The notes beneath the pieces were generated by a model, which was not told where the DNA came from, did not search any database, and was given only the letters and a program-made list of their open reading frames with translations. Positions 38,728-46,527 of a DNA stretch of 48,802 nucleotides are shown in pieces. Numbering within the stretch: position 1 is the first letter of the stretch; each line of letters starts with the position of its first letter. The translations under genes were made by a program, and so were the position numbers. The stretch comes from Gemmobacter sp. Lineage in GTDB: Bacteria; Pseudomonadota; Alphaproteobacteria; Rhodobacterales; Rhodobacteraceae. The stretch lies in assembly GCA_030834485.1 (NCBI GenBank), contig JAUREX010000001.1:1-48802 (forward strand). The letters are read 5' to 3'.

Positions 38728-39146
38728 TCCTCGGTCTCCACCGGGCCGCGCAGGGCCTTGGTCGCGCCGCGCGCGGTCTTGGCGGCCAGCCTGCGGCGCA
38801 CCGAGCCCTGCGTCGGGCGCGTCGCGATGCGCGGCCGCGGTGCGACAAGCGCGCGCGCCACGAGTTCGGCGAGGCGCGCGCGCGCGATCTCGCGGTTGCG
38901 GGTCTGGCTGCGGGTCTCTTCGGCGCGGATCACGACCTCGCCGCCTTCGGTCCAGCGCCGCCCCGCCAGCCGGCGCAGCCGCGCCTTGACCGCGGGCGTC
39001 AGATGCGGCGAGGCGGCGGCGGCAAAGCGCAGCTCGACCGCCGTCTCGACCTTGTTGACGTTCTGGCCCCCCGGCCCCTGCGCGCGAGTGAACACCTCGG
39101 TCAGTTCCCAGTCGGCCAGCGCGATGCCATCGGCGACCCAGAGCAT
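38724..39146 (-). CDS. arfB: alternative ribosome rescue factor ArfB (peptidyl-tRNA hydrolase, YaeJ family)
   Basis: 140 aa with GPGGQNVNK (GGQ motif) and a basic C-terminal tail. AAGGGAGGG lies upstream of the ATG. Confidence 0.93.
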   Translation of the reverse strand: MLWVADGIALADWELTEVFTRAQGPGGQNVNKVETAVELRFAAAASPHLTPAVKARLRRLAGRRWTEGGEVVIRAEETRSQTRNREIARARLAELVARALVAPRPRIATRPTQGSVRRRLAAKTARGATKALRGPVETEE

Positions 39147-39185
39147 GGCGCCCTCCCTTGAGGCGCGACGATAGGGGGCTTGGCG

Positions 39186-39218
39186 GCAATAAGAAAGGGC
39201 CGCCGAAGCGACCCTTTC
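39186..39218 (-). terminator. strong intrinsic terminator about 40 nt upstream of arfB
   Basis: The minus strand reads GAAAGGGTCGC-TTCG-GCGGCCCTTTC (11-bp stem with one G-U pair, UUCG loop) followed by TTATT. Confidence 0.7.
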
Positions 39219-39357
39219 CGAGATCTACGGAGATGGGCCAGTTAGGGCTTGGCCCAGCCCGGGGGTGCCGCCTTCGGGTTTGCCTTCAGGCGACAGACCT
39301 CCGGACTGTCCCGACACCTCTCTCCAATATCACTCTAGACACTGGACCACCTCCTTT
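39219..39357 (-). promoter_or_regulatory. candidate leader element: perfect extended SD + 18-codon mini-ORF + hairpins preceding the terminator
   Basis: AAAGGAGGTGG (39347-39357) lies 7 nt before the GTG at 39342. The mini-ORF spans 39286-39342 (MSRVILERGVGTVRRSVA). Hairpins are GACAG...CTGTC and GGGCCA...TGGCCC. Confidence 0.3.
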
Positions 39358-39415
39358 CGACAGGGTTGCGCTGCAAGGGTCAGACTGGCACAGATTTCGT
39401 GCAAGTCAAACGCTT

Positions 39416-40060
39416 TTACGCAACCCTTGGTGTCAGCCGCGTGACGATCACCCGAAAGGGCACGAGGGCGAGCGCCGCGATCGCAAGCTTGACTGCGTAA
39501 TCGGCAACCGCGAGCGAGACCCACAGCGGCGCATCCGGCCCGACGCCCAGCAGCGGCAGCACCTCATTGGCCCAGCCGACATCGACGCCCGGCGCGATGA
39601 AGGCGAGACCGGCCGCAAAGGCGATCGCGAAGAAGAGCGCGGTATCGAGCGCCGAGCCCACGACCGAGGAGAGGAGCGGCGCGCGCCACCACGCACCCGC
39701 CCGCAGCCGCTCGAACATCGCGACATCGATCAGCTGCGCCACGAGGAAGGCGACCCCCGAGCCGATCGCGACCCGCAGGCTCACGAGCGGGCCCGCCGGC
39801 CCCTCGATCTGCGCGCCGATGACCGAGCAGACGAGCCCGACCGCAAAGCCCGCCCAGACCACGCGCCGTGCCGCCGCGGCGCCGCGCAGCCGGTTGGTGA
39901 GGTCGGTCACGAGGAAGGCGAGCGGATAGGTGAAGGCCGCGAGCGTCAGCCAGTCGCCCACCAGCACCTGCACGAGGATGTTCGAGGCCACGACGACGGC
40001 GGCCATGGCGAGGATCGCGGGCAGGATCGGGCGCAGCATCGCGGCCTCCGGTTGCAGCAT
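39416..40060 (-). CDS. yhhQ: queuosine precursor transporter (YhhQ/DUF165 family)
   Basis: 214-aa polytopic protein; TYPLAFLVTDLTNR and ...SALDTALFF... motifs resemble YhhQ. Confidence 0.88.
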   Translation of the reverse strand: MLQPEAAMLRPILPAILAMAAVVVASNILVQVLVGDWLTLAAFTYPLAFLVTDLTNRLRGAAAARRVVWAGFAVGLVCSVIGAQIEGPAGPLVSLRVAIGSGVAFLVAQLIDVAMFERLRAGAWWRAPLLSSVVGSALDTALFFAIAFAAGLAFIAPGVDVGWANEVLPLLGVGPDAPLWVSLAVADYAVKLAIAALALVPFRVIVTRLTPRVA

Positions 40061-40100
40061 GCGCGCCCCCTAGCGCGCCACGCCGCGCGGCGCAACCGCC

Positions 40101-40979
40101 CTAGGGTGCATCGAGGACCGCCGCGCAGGCGGCGGGGAGCGCGCTCAGACGGTAGGTGCGCGGATGTGGCGGCGGATCGGCGCGCGGCGCGTTGGGGTCC
40201 GGCGGCTTGAGGTAATCCGTCACCCACCATTCGAGCGTCGCGTCGCAGCCGTTCCCGCCCTTGGAAAGTGCCGCGACCGTGGGCGTCTGCGGCCGGCAGT
40301 CAGGGGCGTCGGCGGGGCATTTCAGGCGGATGTGGAAATGGGTGTTGTGGCCGGCGATGGGGCGGATCTTCTGCAGCCAGGGCGTGTCGGCCTCGGTCGC
40401 GCTGCGGCACATCTCGATCTTGACCGCGGCCGCGACAAAGAGCCGGTCGGTGCGCGGATCGGCGGCGGCTGCGCGCAAGAGCGCGTGATGGGCGGGCGTC
40501 CAGGCCTCGGTCACGCGCTTCTGGTCGCGCGTGCGCACGCTGACCGACGAGATCTCCTCGCGCTCCTGCCGCGTGAGGTCGAGGCGTGCGGGCGGCAGCA
40601 TCCAGATGTCGGCATCGAGCCCGATCTGGTGCGAGGCGTGATCCGAGGGCGTCGGCCCGCCGCGCGGCTGGCTGATGTCGCCGACATAGATGCCCCGCCA
40701 GCCCAGCCGCTCGGCCTCGGCCGCGAGGTCGCGGATCAGCGCGATCGTGTCGGGGTGGCCCCAGTTGCGCCCGCGCGACAGCCGCATCGCCTGCCAGTTG
40801 GGCCCCGTCTCGGGCAATTCGACCAGCCCCTGCGCGCAGCCCTTCGCATAGGATCCGATCGGCGCGGCCGGCCCCGGCGCAGGGGTCGCGGCGCGCGCGA
40901 ACACCTCAGAGGCGACCGGGTCGGCCGCCGCCGGCTGGGCCGCGAGGGCCGCGAGCGCGATCAGGCACGCCCGCATCAT
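40101..40979 (-). CDS. mepA: penicillin-insensitive murein endopeptidase MepA
   Basis: Signal peptide MMRACLIALAALAA, then SHQIGLDADIW and HNTHFHIRL metal-binding motifs. I chose the ATG at 40979, which overlaps the MFS gene stop. Confidence 0.9.
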   Translation of the reverse strand: MMRACLIALAALAAQPAAADPVASEVFARAATPAPGPAAPIGSYAKGCAQGLVELPETGPNWQAMRLSRGRNWGHPDTIALIRDLAAEAERLGWRGIYVGDISQPRGGPTPSDHASHQIGLDADIWMLPPARLDLTRQEREEISSVSVRTRDQKRVTEAWTPAHHALLRAAAADPRTDRLFVAAAVKIEMCRSATEADTPWLQKIRPIAGHNTHFHIRLKCPADAPDCRPQTPTVAALSKGGNGCDATLEWWVTDYLKPPDPNAPRADPPPHPRTYRLSALPAACAAVLDAP

Positions 40980-42313
40980 GCGCGCTCCCCCCGCGGGTTC
41001 ACGCGCGCAAACCACGCAAGCCCCAGCGCAAGCATGAGGATGATCGGCACGATCCCGGCCTGCTGGCTGCCGGTCCAGGCCGTCGCCGCGGCGACGAGGG
41101 CGGGCGAGACGAAGGACATCGCCTTGCCCGAAAGCGCATAGAGCCCGAACGCCTCGGCCGGGCGGGCGGGATCGGCGTGCAGCACCATCATCGTGCGCGA
41201 GGCCGCCTGCAGCGCGCCCCCCGCCCCGCCGATGGCCGCGCCGCACAGATACATCACCACATCGGGGATCGCCGAGCCCTCGGCCAGCGGCACGCCGAAG
41301 AAGGCGCTGCGCGACATGCCGACGATGATCGTGCAGACGAAGATCAGCACCCCGCCGCAAAAGAGGATCACGGGCTTCGGGCCGCGGCGCGCATCGAAGC
41401 GCCCGCCCACCCAGGCGAAGACCGCCGCCGAGATCGCGCCCACCACGCCGAAGACGCCAACTTGGGTGATCGTCCAGCCCAGCACGCCCACCGCATAGAT
41501 GCCGCCGAAGCCATAGACCCCGTTCAGCGCATCGCGATAGACCATCGAGGAGCCGAGATAGGCCGCAAGGCTCGCACGCACGCGCAGCCCCGCGATCGAG
41601 CGCCCGAGATCGCCGAGCGCGCGCCCGATCCCCCCAGGCATCGCCGGGCGGCGAACCTCGCGCACCCAGAGAAAGAACGGAACCATGAACACGAGATACC
41701 AGAGCGCGGTGACGGGCCCGACCGCCCGCGTCCCCTCGCGCGCGGCCGCGTCGAGGCCGAGCACGGGCGCAAGCCCCGCGAGCGTCCGGCCGTTCTCCTG
41801 CTCGACGAAAAGCGCGAGCATGATCGCGAGCGCCACCACCCCGCCCCAATAGCCGAACGCAAAGCCCGTGCCCGAGACGCGCCCGGTCTGATCCTCGGGC
41901 ACGAGGTCGGGCAGGAGCGCGTTGGTGAAGACGGTCGCGAACTCCATCCCGATCATGCCGACCCCGAACGCGAGCAGCACCAGCAGCACCGTTTCGGCCG
42001 GGGCGTCGGGCACCGCGAGCCAGAGCGCCCAGGACCCCGCGACATAGAAGGCCGAGAAAAGCACGATCCACGGCATCCGCCGCCCGCGCGTGTCGGCGAT
42101 CGCGCCGAGCACCGGGGCGAGCAGCGCGATCGTGACGCCCGAGAGCGCGAGCGCCCAGCCCCAGAGTTCCTGCGCCCTGACCCCGTCGCCCACTACCACG
42201 ACGAAGAAGGGCGAAAACACGAAGGTCAGCACCAGTGTGCTGAAGGGCTGGCTGGCCCAGTCGAAGAAATACCAGCCCCGGATCCTGCGGCGCGCCTCGG
42301 CGGAAAGGGTCAT
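40976..42313 (-). CDS. MFS transporter, UMF1/Atg22-like family
   Basis: 445 aa with about 12 TM segments. The N-terminus GWYFFDWASQPFSTLVLTFVF is typical of the UMF1 family. Confidence 0.88.
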   Translation of the reverse strand: MTLSAEARRRIRGWYFFDWASQPFSTLVLTFVFSPFFVVVVGDGVRAQELWGWALALSGVTIALLAPVLGAIADTRGRRMPWIVLFSAFYVAGSWALWLAVPDAPAETVLLVLLAFGVGMIGMEFATVFTNALLPDLVPEDQTGRVSGTGFAFGYWGGVVALAIMLALFVEQENGRTLAGLAPVLGLDAAAREGTRAVGPVTALWYLVFMVPFFLWVREVRRPAMPGGIGRALGDLGRSIAGLRVRASLAAYLGSSMVYRDALNGVYGFGGIYAVGVLGWTITQVGVFGVVGAISAAVFAWVGGRFDARRGPKPVILFCGGVLIFVCTIIVGMSRSAFFGVPLAEGSAIPDVVMYLCGAAIGGAGGALQAASRTMMVLHADPARPAEAFGLYALSGKAMSFVSPALVAAATAWTGSQQAGIVPIILMLALGLAWFARVNPRGERA

Positions 42314-42880
42314 TCAGGCCTCCGGGTAAGGTTCGGGCGGCCAGGGGCGGGCGCCCTCGGCGGCGATCCAGGCGGTGATCCAGGCCGGCAGCTCGGGCGA
42401 GGGGCCGGAATGGCCGCAGGCGGCGGCGACCTCGGGCGCGGGCACGATGCCGCCCGCGCCCCGCCCCCGGCCTCCCCCCCCACCGAACACGGCAGAGCGC
42501 AGGAGCATCTGGTTGGCGCATTCGCCGCCCGACCACAGGCTCTGGTCGATGTAGAAAAAGCGCCCGTCCCAGCCCGCAAGGCGCGAGACCATCTCGACCC
42601 GCTGCATGAGGACAAGCCGGCGGCGATAGCGCACCGACACGCCCGCGACCGTGACGCCCCAGCCGCGCGCCGCCAGCACCCGGTCGACCCCGATGCGCGC
42701 AAAGAGCGGGATGCGCCCCAGATCATAGAGCGTGAGCGTGCGCCCGTTGTTGAGTTCCGCCCACGGGTCGAGATCCCACGGCCAGATGCGGTGCACCGAC
42801 CGGTGCACCCCGGTGATCGGCAGTGGCGGCAGGCGGCGGGCCTGCCAGAGGGAGGTGGCGAACCGCAGGACCGGATACAT
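42314..42880 (-). CDS. hotdog-fold acyl-CoA thioesterase family protein
   Basis: 188 aa; WPWDLDPWAELNNGRTLTLYDLGRIP...AGVSVRYRRRL...GRFFYIDQSLW resembles the thioesterase-like (4HBT_2/DUF4442) family. The stop abuts the MFS start. Confidence 0.75.
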   Translation of the reverse strand: MYPVLRFATSLWQARRLPPLPITGVHRSVHRIWPWDLDPWAELNNGRTLTLYDLGRIPLFARIGVDRVLAARGWGVTVAGVSVRYRRRLVLMQRVEMVSRLAGWDGRFFYIDQSLWSGGECANQMLLRSAVFGGGGGRGRGAGGIVPAPEVAAACGHSGPSPELPAWITAWIAAEGARPWPPEPYPEA

Positions 42881-43012
42881 GCGCCCCCCTTTGGCGTCGC
42901 GACGATCTCCGCCACCGGCCTAGCGCCCGCCTGCGCCCAGCGTCAAGCACAAGCCGGTTGCCCTCGGGGATGGGGGACGATACCTCTCGGGCAGGCGGCG
43001 CAAGGGGGCGGC

Positions 43013-43300
43013 ATGGCTTCGGTCTTCGAGATTCTGATGATGCTTTTGGGCGTGGTGCAATTCGTCATCTTTGCCCATGTGATCATGTCCTGGCTCGTGG
43101 GTTTTCAGGTGCTGAACCTGCGCCAGCCGCTGGTGTGGCAGATCTGGACCGGCCTCAACCGCCTGCTCGAGCCGATCTATGGCCCCATCCGGCGCATCCT
43201 GCCCGCGATGGGGGGGATCGACCTCGCGCCGCTCGCGGCGCTGCTCGGGGTCTATGCGCTCCAGATCGTGCTGAGGAACAACGCGGGGCTCTTCTATTGA
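43013..43300 (+). CDS. yggT: YggT family membrane protein
   Basis: 95 aa; ...VIFAHVIMSWLVGFQVLN...LLEPIYGPIRRILP..GGIDLAPL is the YggT signature. ATG at 43013 with AAGGGGG upstream, inside a long spurious ORF. Confidence 0.88.
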   Translation: MASVFEILMMLLGVVQFVIFAHVIMSWLVGFQVLNLRQPLVWQIWTGLNRLLEPIYGPIRRILPAMGGIDLAPLAALLGVYALQIVLRNNAGLFY

Positions 43301-45363
43301 CCGACCGCGCCGCGGCCGCCGATCCCGCGCGGCTCCTGCGCGAGGTCTTCGGCTTTGCCGCCTTTCGCCCCGGCCAGGAAGAGATCGTGCGCGCCGTCAT
43401 CGCGGGGCGCGACACGCTCGCCATCATGCCGACGGGCGGGGGCAAGTCGCTGTGCTTTCAGTTGCCGGCGCTTTGCCGGCCGGGGCTGACGGTCGTCGTC
43501 TCGCCGCTCATCGCGCTCATGCGCGACCAGGTGCGGGGGTTGCAGGCGGCGGGTGTTGCGGCGGCGGCGCTGACCTCGGCCAATACCGAGGCCGAGACGG
43601 CGCAGGCGATGGAGGCGCTCGGGTCGCGGCGGCTGCGGCTGCTTTATGTCGCGCCCGAGCGGCTCGCCTCGGGCGGGACCGAGCGGTTGCTGCGCCAGGC
43701 GGGCACGACCCTGATCGCGGTCGACGAGGCCCATTGCGTGAGCCAGTGGGGCCATGACTTTCGCCCCGATTACCTCAGGATCGGGGCGCTGCGGGCGGCG
43801 CTGGGCGTGCCGCTTGCGGCCTTCACCGCGACCGCCGACGCCGAGACGCGCGCCGAGATCGTCGCGCGGCTCTTTCCCGATGCCCCGCCCGAAACCTTCC
43901 TGCGCGGCTTCGATCGGCCGAACATCCACCTCGCCTTCGCCGCCAAGGACAATCCGCGCCGCCAGATCCTCGCGCTCGCCGACCGCAGGCGGGGGCGGTC
44001 GGGCATCGTCTATTGCGCGACGCGCGCCAAGACCGAGACGCTCGCGACAGCCCTTGCCGCCGAGGGGCATGCAGGGGTCGCCTATCACGCCGGGATGGAG
44101 CCCGACGAACGCCGCCGGGTCGAGACGCGCTTTCAGGCCGAGGACGGGATCATCGTGGTCGCGACCGTGGCCTTCGGCATGGGCATCGACAAGCCTGATG
44201 TGCGCTGGGTCGCGCATGCCGACCTGCCGAAGTCGATCGAGGCCTATTGGCAGGAGGTCGGCCGCGCCGGCCGCGACGGGGCGGCGGCCGAGGCGATCAC
44301 GCTCTTCGGCCCCGACGACATCCGCCTGCGCCGCACCCAGATCGACGAAAGCCCCGCCCCCCCCGAACGCAAGGCGGCCGATCACGGGCGGCTCAACGCG
44401 CTTCTGGGGCTGGCCGAGGCGACGGGGTGCCGCCGGCAGGTGCTGCTCGGCTATTTCGGCGAGGAGGCCGAGCCCTGCGGGACATGCGACATCTGCGACC
44501 GGCCCGCGGTCGTCTTCGATGCGACCGAGGCGGTGCGCAAGGCGCTCTCGGCCGTGCTTCGGACGGGCGAGAGCTTCGGGGTCGGGCATCTCATCGACAT
44601 CCTGACCGGGCAGGCGACCGACAAGGTGCGCGCGCGCGGCCACGACCGGCTGCCGACCTTCGCGGTCGGGGCGGACCTGCCGAAATCGGTCTGGGCGGGG
44701 GTGTTCCGGCAGATGATGGGGCGCGACCTCATCCGCCCGGACCCCGAGCGGCAGGGCGGGCTGCGCATGACCGAGGCCGCCCGCCCCATCCTGCGCGGCG
44801 AGGCGACGATCACGCTGCGCCGCGACGGCCTCGCGGCCCCCGCCCGGCCCGAGGCGCGCGCGCTGGTGGCCGAGGATGACGCGCCGCTGCTTGCGGCCCT
44901 CAAGGCCCGCCGGCGCGCCATCGCGGATGCGCAAGGCGTGCCCGCCTACATCATCTTCACCGACCGCACGCTGATCGAGATGGCCGAGCGGCGGCCGCGC
45001 ACCCTCGACGAGATGGCGCAGATCACCGGGGTGGGGGCCAAGAAGCTCGAGAGCTTCGGCGCGGCCTTCCTGCAGGTCGTGACCGGCGCGACGGCCGAAC
45101 CCGTGCACCCGGTGCGGATGCGCCTTGCCGGCCGGGGCGAGGGCGCGCTCTATGACCGGCTCGCGGGGATCGCGCGCGACCTTGCAAGGGGCGATGACGG
45201 CACGGGCAAGCCGCTCGACCTCGGGGCGCGCGTGATCGCGCGCATCATCGAGGCCCGCCCCGCGACGCCCGAGGCGCTCGGGCGCATCGCGGGCATGGAC
45301 GCAGCACGGCTCGAGCGGTTCGGCGCGGAGATCCTGCGCGCGCTGGCCGAGGACGACGCCTAG
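43297..45363 (+). CDS. recQ: ATP-dependent DNA helicase RecQ
   Basis: FRPGQEEIV, MPTGGGKSLCFQLPA, DEAHCVSQWGHDFRPDY, the Zn-binding CRRQ...CGTCDIC and a C-terminal HRDC region. There is no ATG before the conserved N-terminus, so I chose the TTG at 43297 (TTGA overlap with the yggT stop). The start is uncertain. Confidence 0.92.
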   Translation: MTDRAAAADPARLLREVFGFAAFRPGQEEIVRAVIAGRDTLAIMPTGGGKSLCFQLPALCRPGLTVVVSPLIALMRDQVRGLQAAGVAAAALTSANTEAETAQAMEALGSRRLRLLYVAPERLASGGTERLLRQAGTTLIAVDEAHCVSQWGHDFRPDYLRIGALRAALGVPLAAFTATADAETRAEIVARLFPDAPPETFLRGFDRPNIHLAFAAKDNPRRQILALADRRRGRSGIVYCATRAKTETLATALAAEGHAGVAYHAGMEPDERRRVETRFQAEDGIIVVATVAFGMGIDKPDVRWVAHADLPKSIEAYWQEVGRAGRDGAAAEAITLFGPDDIRLRRTQIDESPAPPERKAADHGRLNALLGLAEATGCRRQVLLGYFGEEAEPCGTCDICDRPAVVFDATEAVRKALSAVLRTGESFGVGHLIDILTGQATDKVRARGHDRLPTFAVGADLPKSVWAGVFRQMMGRDLIRPDPERQGGLRMTEAARPILRGEATITLRRDGLAAPARPEARALVAEDDAPLLAALKARRRAIADAQGVPAYIIFTDRTLIEMAERRPRTLDEMAQITGVGAKKLESFGAAFLQVVTGATAEPVHPVRMRLAGRGEGALYDRLAGIARDLARGDDGTGKPLDLGARVIARIIEARPATPEALGRIAGMDAARLERFGAEILRALAEDDA

Positions 45364-46277
45364 CCCCGCCCCAGTCCACGCCCCTGCCCCTGCCCCGCCG
45401 CCGCCGCACGCGCCAGCGCCCGCTCGCGCGCAAGCGTGAAGAGGCCCGAGCCCACCACCAGCACCCCGCCCGCGACCGTCCAGAGGTCGGGCACCTCGGC
45501 AAAGAACACCCAGCCCAGAAGTGCGGCCCAGATCAGCGCGGAATAGCGGAAGGGGACGGTAACGCCCACCTCGCCCACCCGCATCACCCGCACGATGAAG
45601 ATGTAGCCCACCACCACCGCCCCCGCCGCCACGAGGATGAGCGCACCCTCGCGCGCCGGCACCGGCTGCCAGGGCGTCGCGGCCGACAGCACCGCCGACA
45701 GCACCGTCACCCCGACCGCACCGATCAGCGCGACGGTGACCGAGGGCACGTCGGGCGGCAGGCGGCGACTCGCGAGATCGCGCACGACCACGATCGCGAC
45801 CGACAGGAGCGCGATCAGCGACCAGATGTTGAAGCTCTCGGCCCCCGGGCGGATGATGATGAGGACGCCCGCAAAGCCCACGAGGATCGCCCCCATCCGC
45901 CGCCAGCCCACCCGCTCGCGCAAAAAGAGCGCGGCCGCGAGCGTGATCGCGAGCGGGAGTGACTGCATGATCGCCGAGACGGTCGCGAGCGGCAGATGCA
46001 GGAGTGCAGCAAAGAAGGTGACGGTCGACCCGACCTCGGCCAGCGCGCGCACCCCCACCAGCCCGCGCACCCGCCACACCGCGCCGAACCGCAGCCCCCC
46101 CGACATCCGCGCGATCGCGACCATGAGGACAAGCGTCACGATCCCGCGCAGGGTGATGACCTGAAAGAGCGGCAGCACCGAGGCCAGATGCTTGACGCAG
46201 GCGTCCGAGACGGTGAAGGCCGCCATCGCCGTTAGCATGAAGGCGACGCCGCGCAGGTTCTCAGATCGGACCGGCAT
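45360..46277 (-). CDS. DMT family transporter (EamA domain)
   Basis: 305 aa with 10 hydrophobic segments. I chose the ATG at 46277 (MPVRSENLRGVAFMLTAMAAF...). Confidence 0.85.
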   Translation of the reverse strand: MPVRSENLRGVAFMLTAMAAFTVSDACVKHLASVLPLFQVITLRGIVTLVLMVAIARMSGGLRFGAVWRVRGLVGVRALAEVGSTVTFFAALLHLPLATVSAIMQSLPLAITLAAALFLRERVGWRRMGAILVGFAGVLIIIRPGAESFNIWSLIALLSVAIVVVRDLASRRLPPDVPSVTVALIGAVGVTVLSAVLSAATPWQPVPAREGALILVAAGAVVVGYIFIVRVMRVGEVGVTVPFRYSALIWAALLGWVFFAEVPDLWTVAGGVLVVGSGLFTLARERALARAAAAGQGQGRGLGRG

Positions 46278-46527
46278 CAGGCCGCCCCGCCCCGCGAAGG
46301 CCCGTCCGATCGCCTGCCGAATGGTGCCAAGGGGGCGCGCTTTCCCGCCGGTCGCACCGGCGATTCCGTCACGGGGTCCGCCCCCGACGGCCGAGCGATA
46401 GCAGAACCGCGCCGCGCCGCAAGGATCGCGCGTTGCGCGATTGCGAAGCGGCAGCGTTGCGATTATGCCGGATGGGGTGCGACAAAGCGCGCGCCCCGAC
46501 AGCGCGCATCCCCGACGGAGCCCCGCC

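Noticed and set aside
39186-39415. Possible SRP (4.5S) RNA, 6S RNA, tmRNA piece or a known riboswitch in the yhhQ-arfB spacer.
   Set aside because: - It lacks the SRP domain IV core (GGUCAGGUCCGGAAGGAAGCAGCC-like).
- It has no tRNA-like or tag-coding features.
- The context is wrong for 6S.
- It does not match any riboswitch consensus I could recall (TPP, B12, fluoride, ZTP, guanidine, preQ1).

I left it as an unassigned leader/sRNA candidate.
40061-40100. preQ1 riboswitch upstream of the queuosine-precursor transporter yhhQ.
   Set aside because: Only about 40 nt separate the mepA stop from the yhhQ start, and this stretch has no preQ1-like hairpin or A-rich tail. yhhQ is more likely co-transcribed with mepA.
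43294-46077. 927-aa minus-strand ORF. The same applies to the other very long track ORFs: 6294-8273 (+), 21627-24080 (+), 41177-43300 (+, N-terminal part), 13433-15082 (+) and 15637-17028 (+).
   Set aside because: All are antisense or off-frame to well-supported genes (recQ, phaC, mraZ/ihfA, MFS, mraY, murF), and all translate to Arg/Gly/Pro/Asp-rich nonsense. Only the 3' 95 codons of 41177-43300 (yggT) are real.
46432-46468. Three TTGCG copies (TTGCGCGA-TTGCGAAGCGGCAGCG-TTGCGATTATGC), read as a possible operator or a TTGCGA-N16-TTATGC promoter for the hydratase/HMG-CoA lyase operon.
   Set aside because: This is plausible, but short GC-rich motifs recur by chance in this genome. With no regulator nearby and no conservation data, I did not call it.
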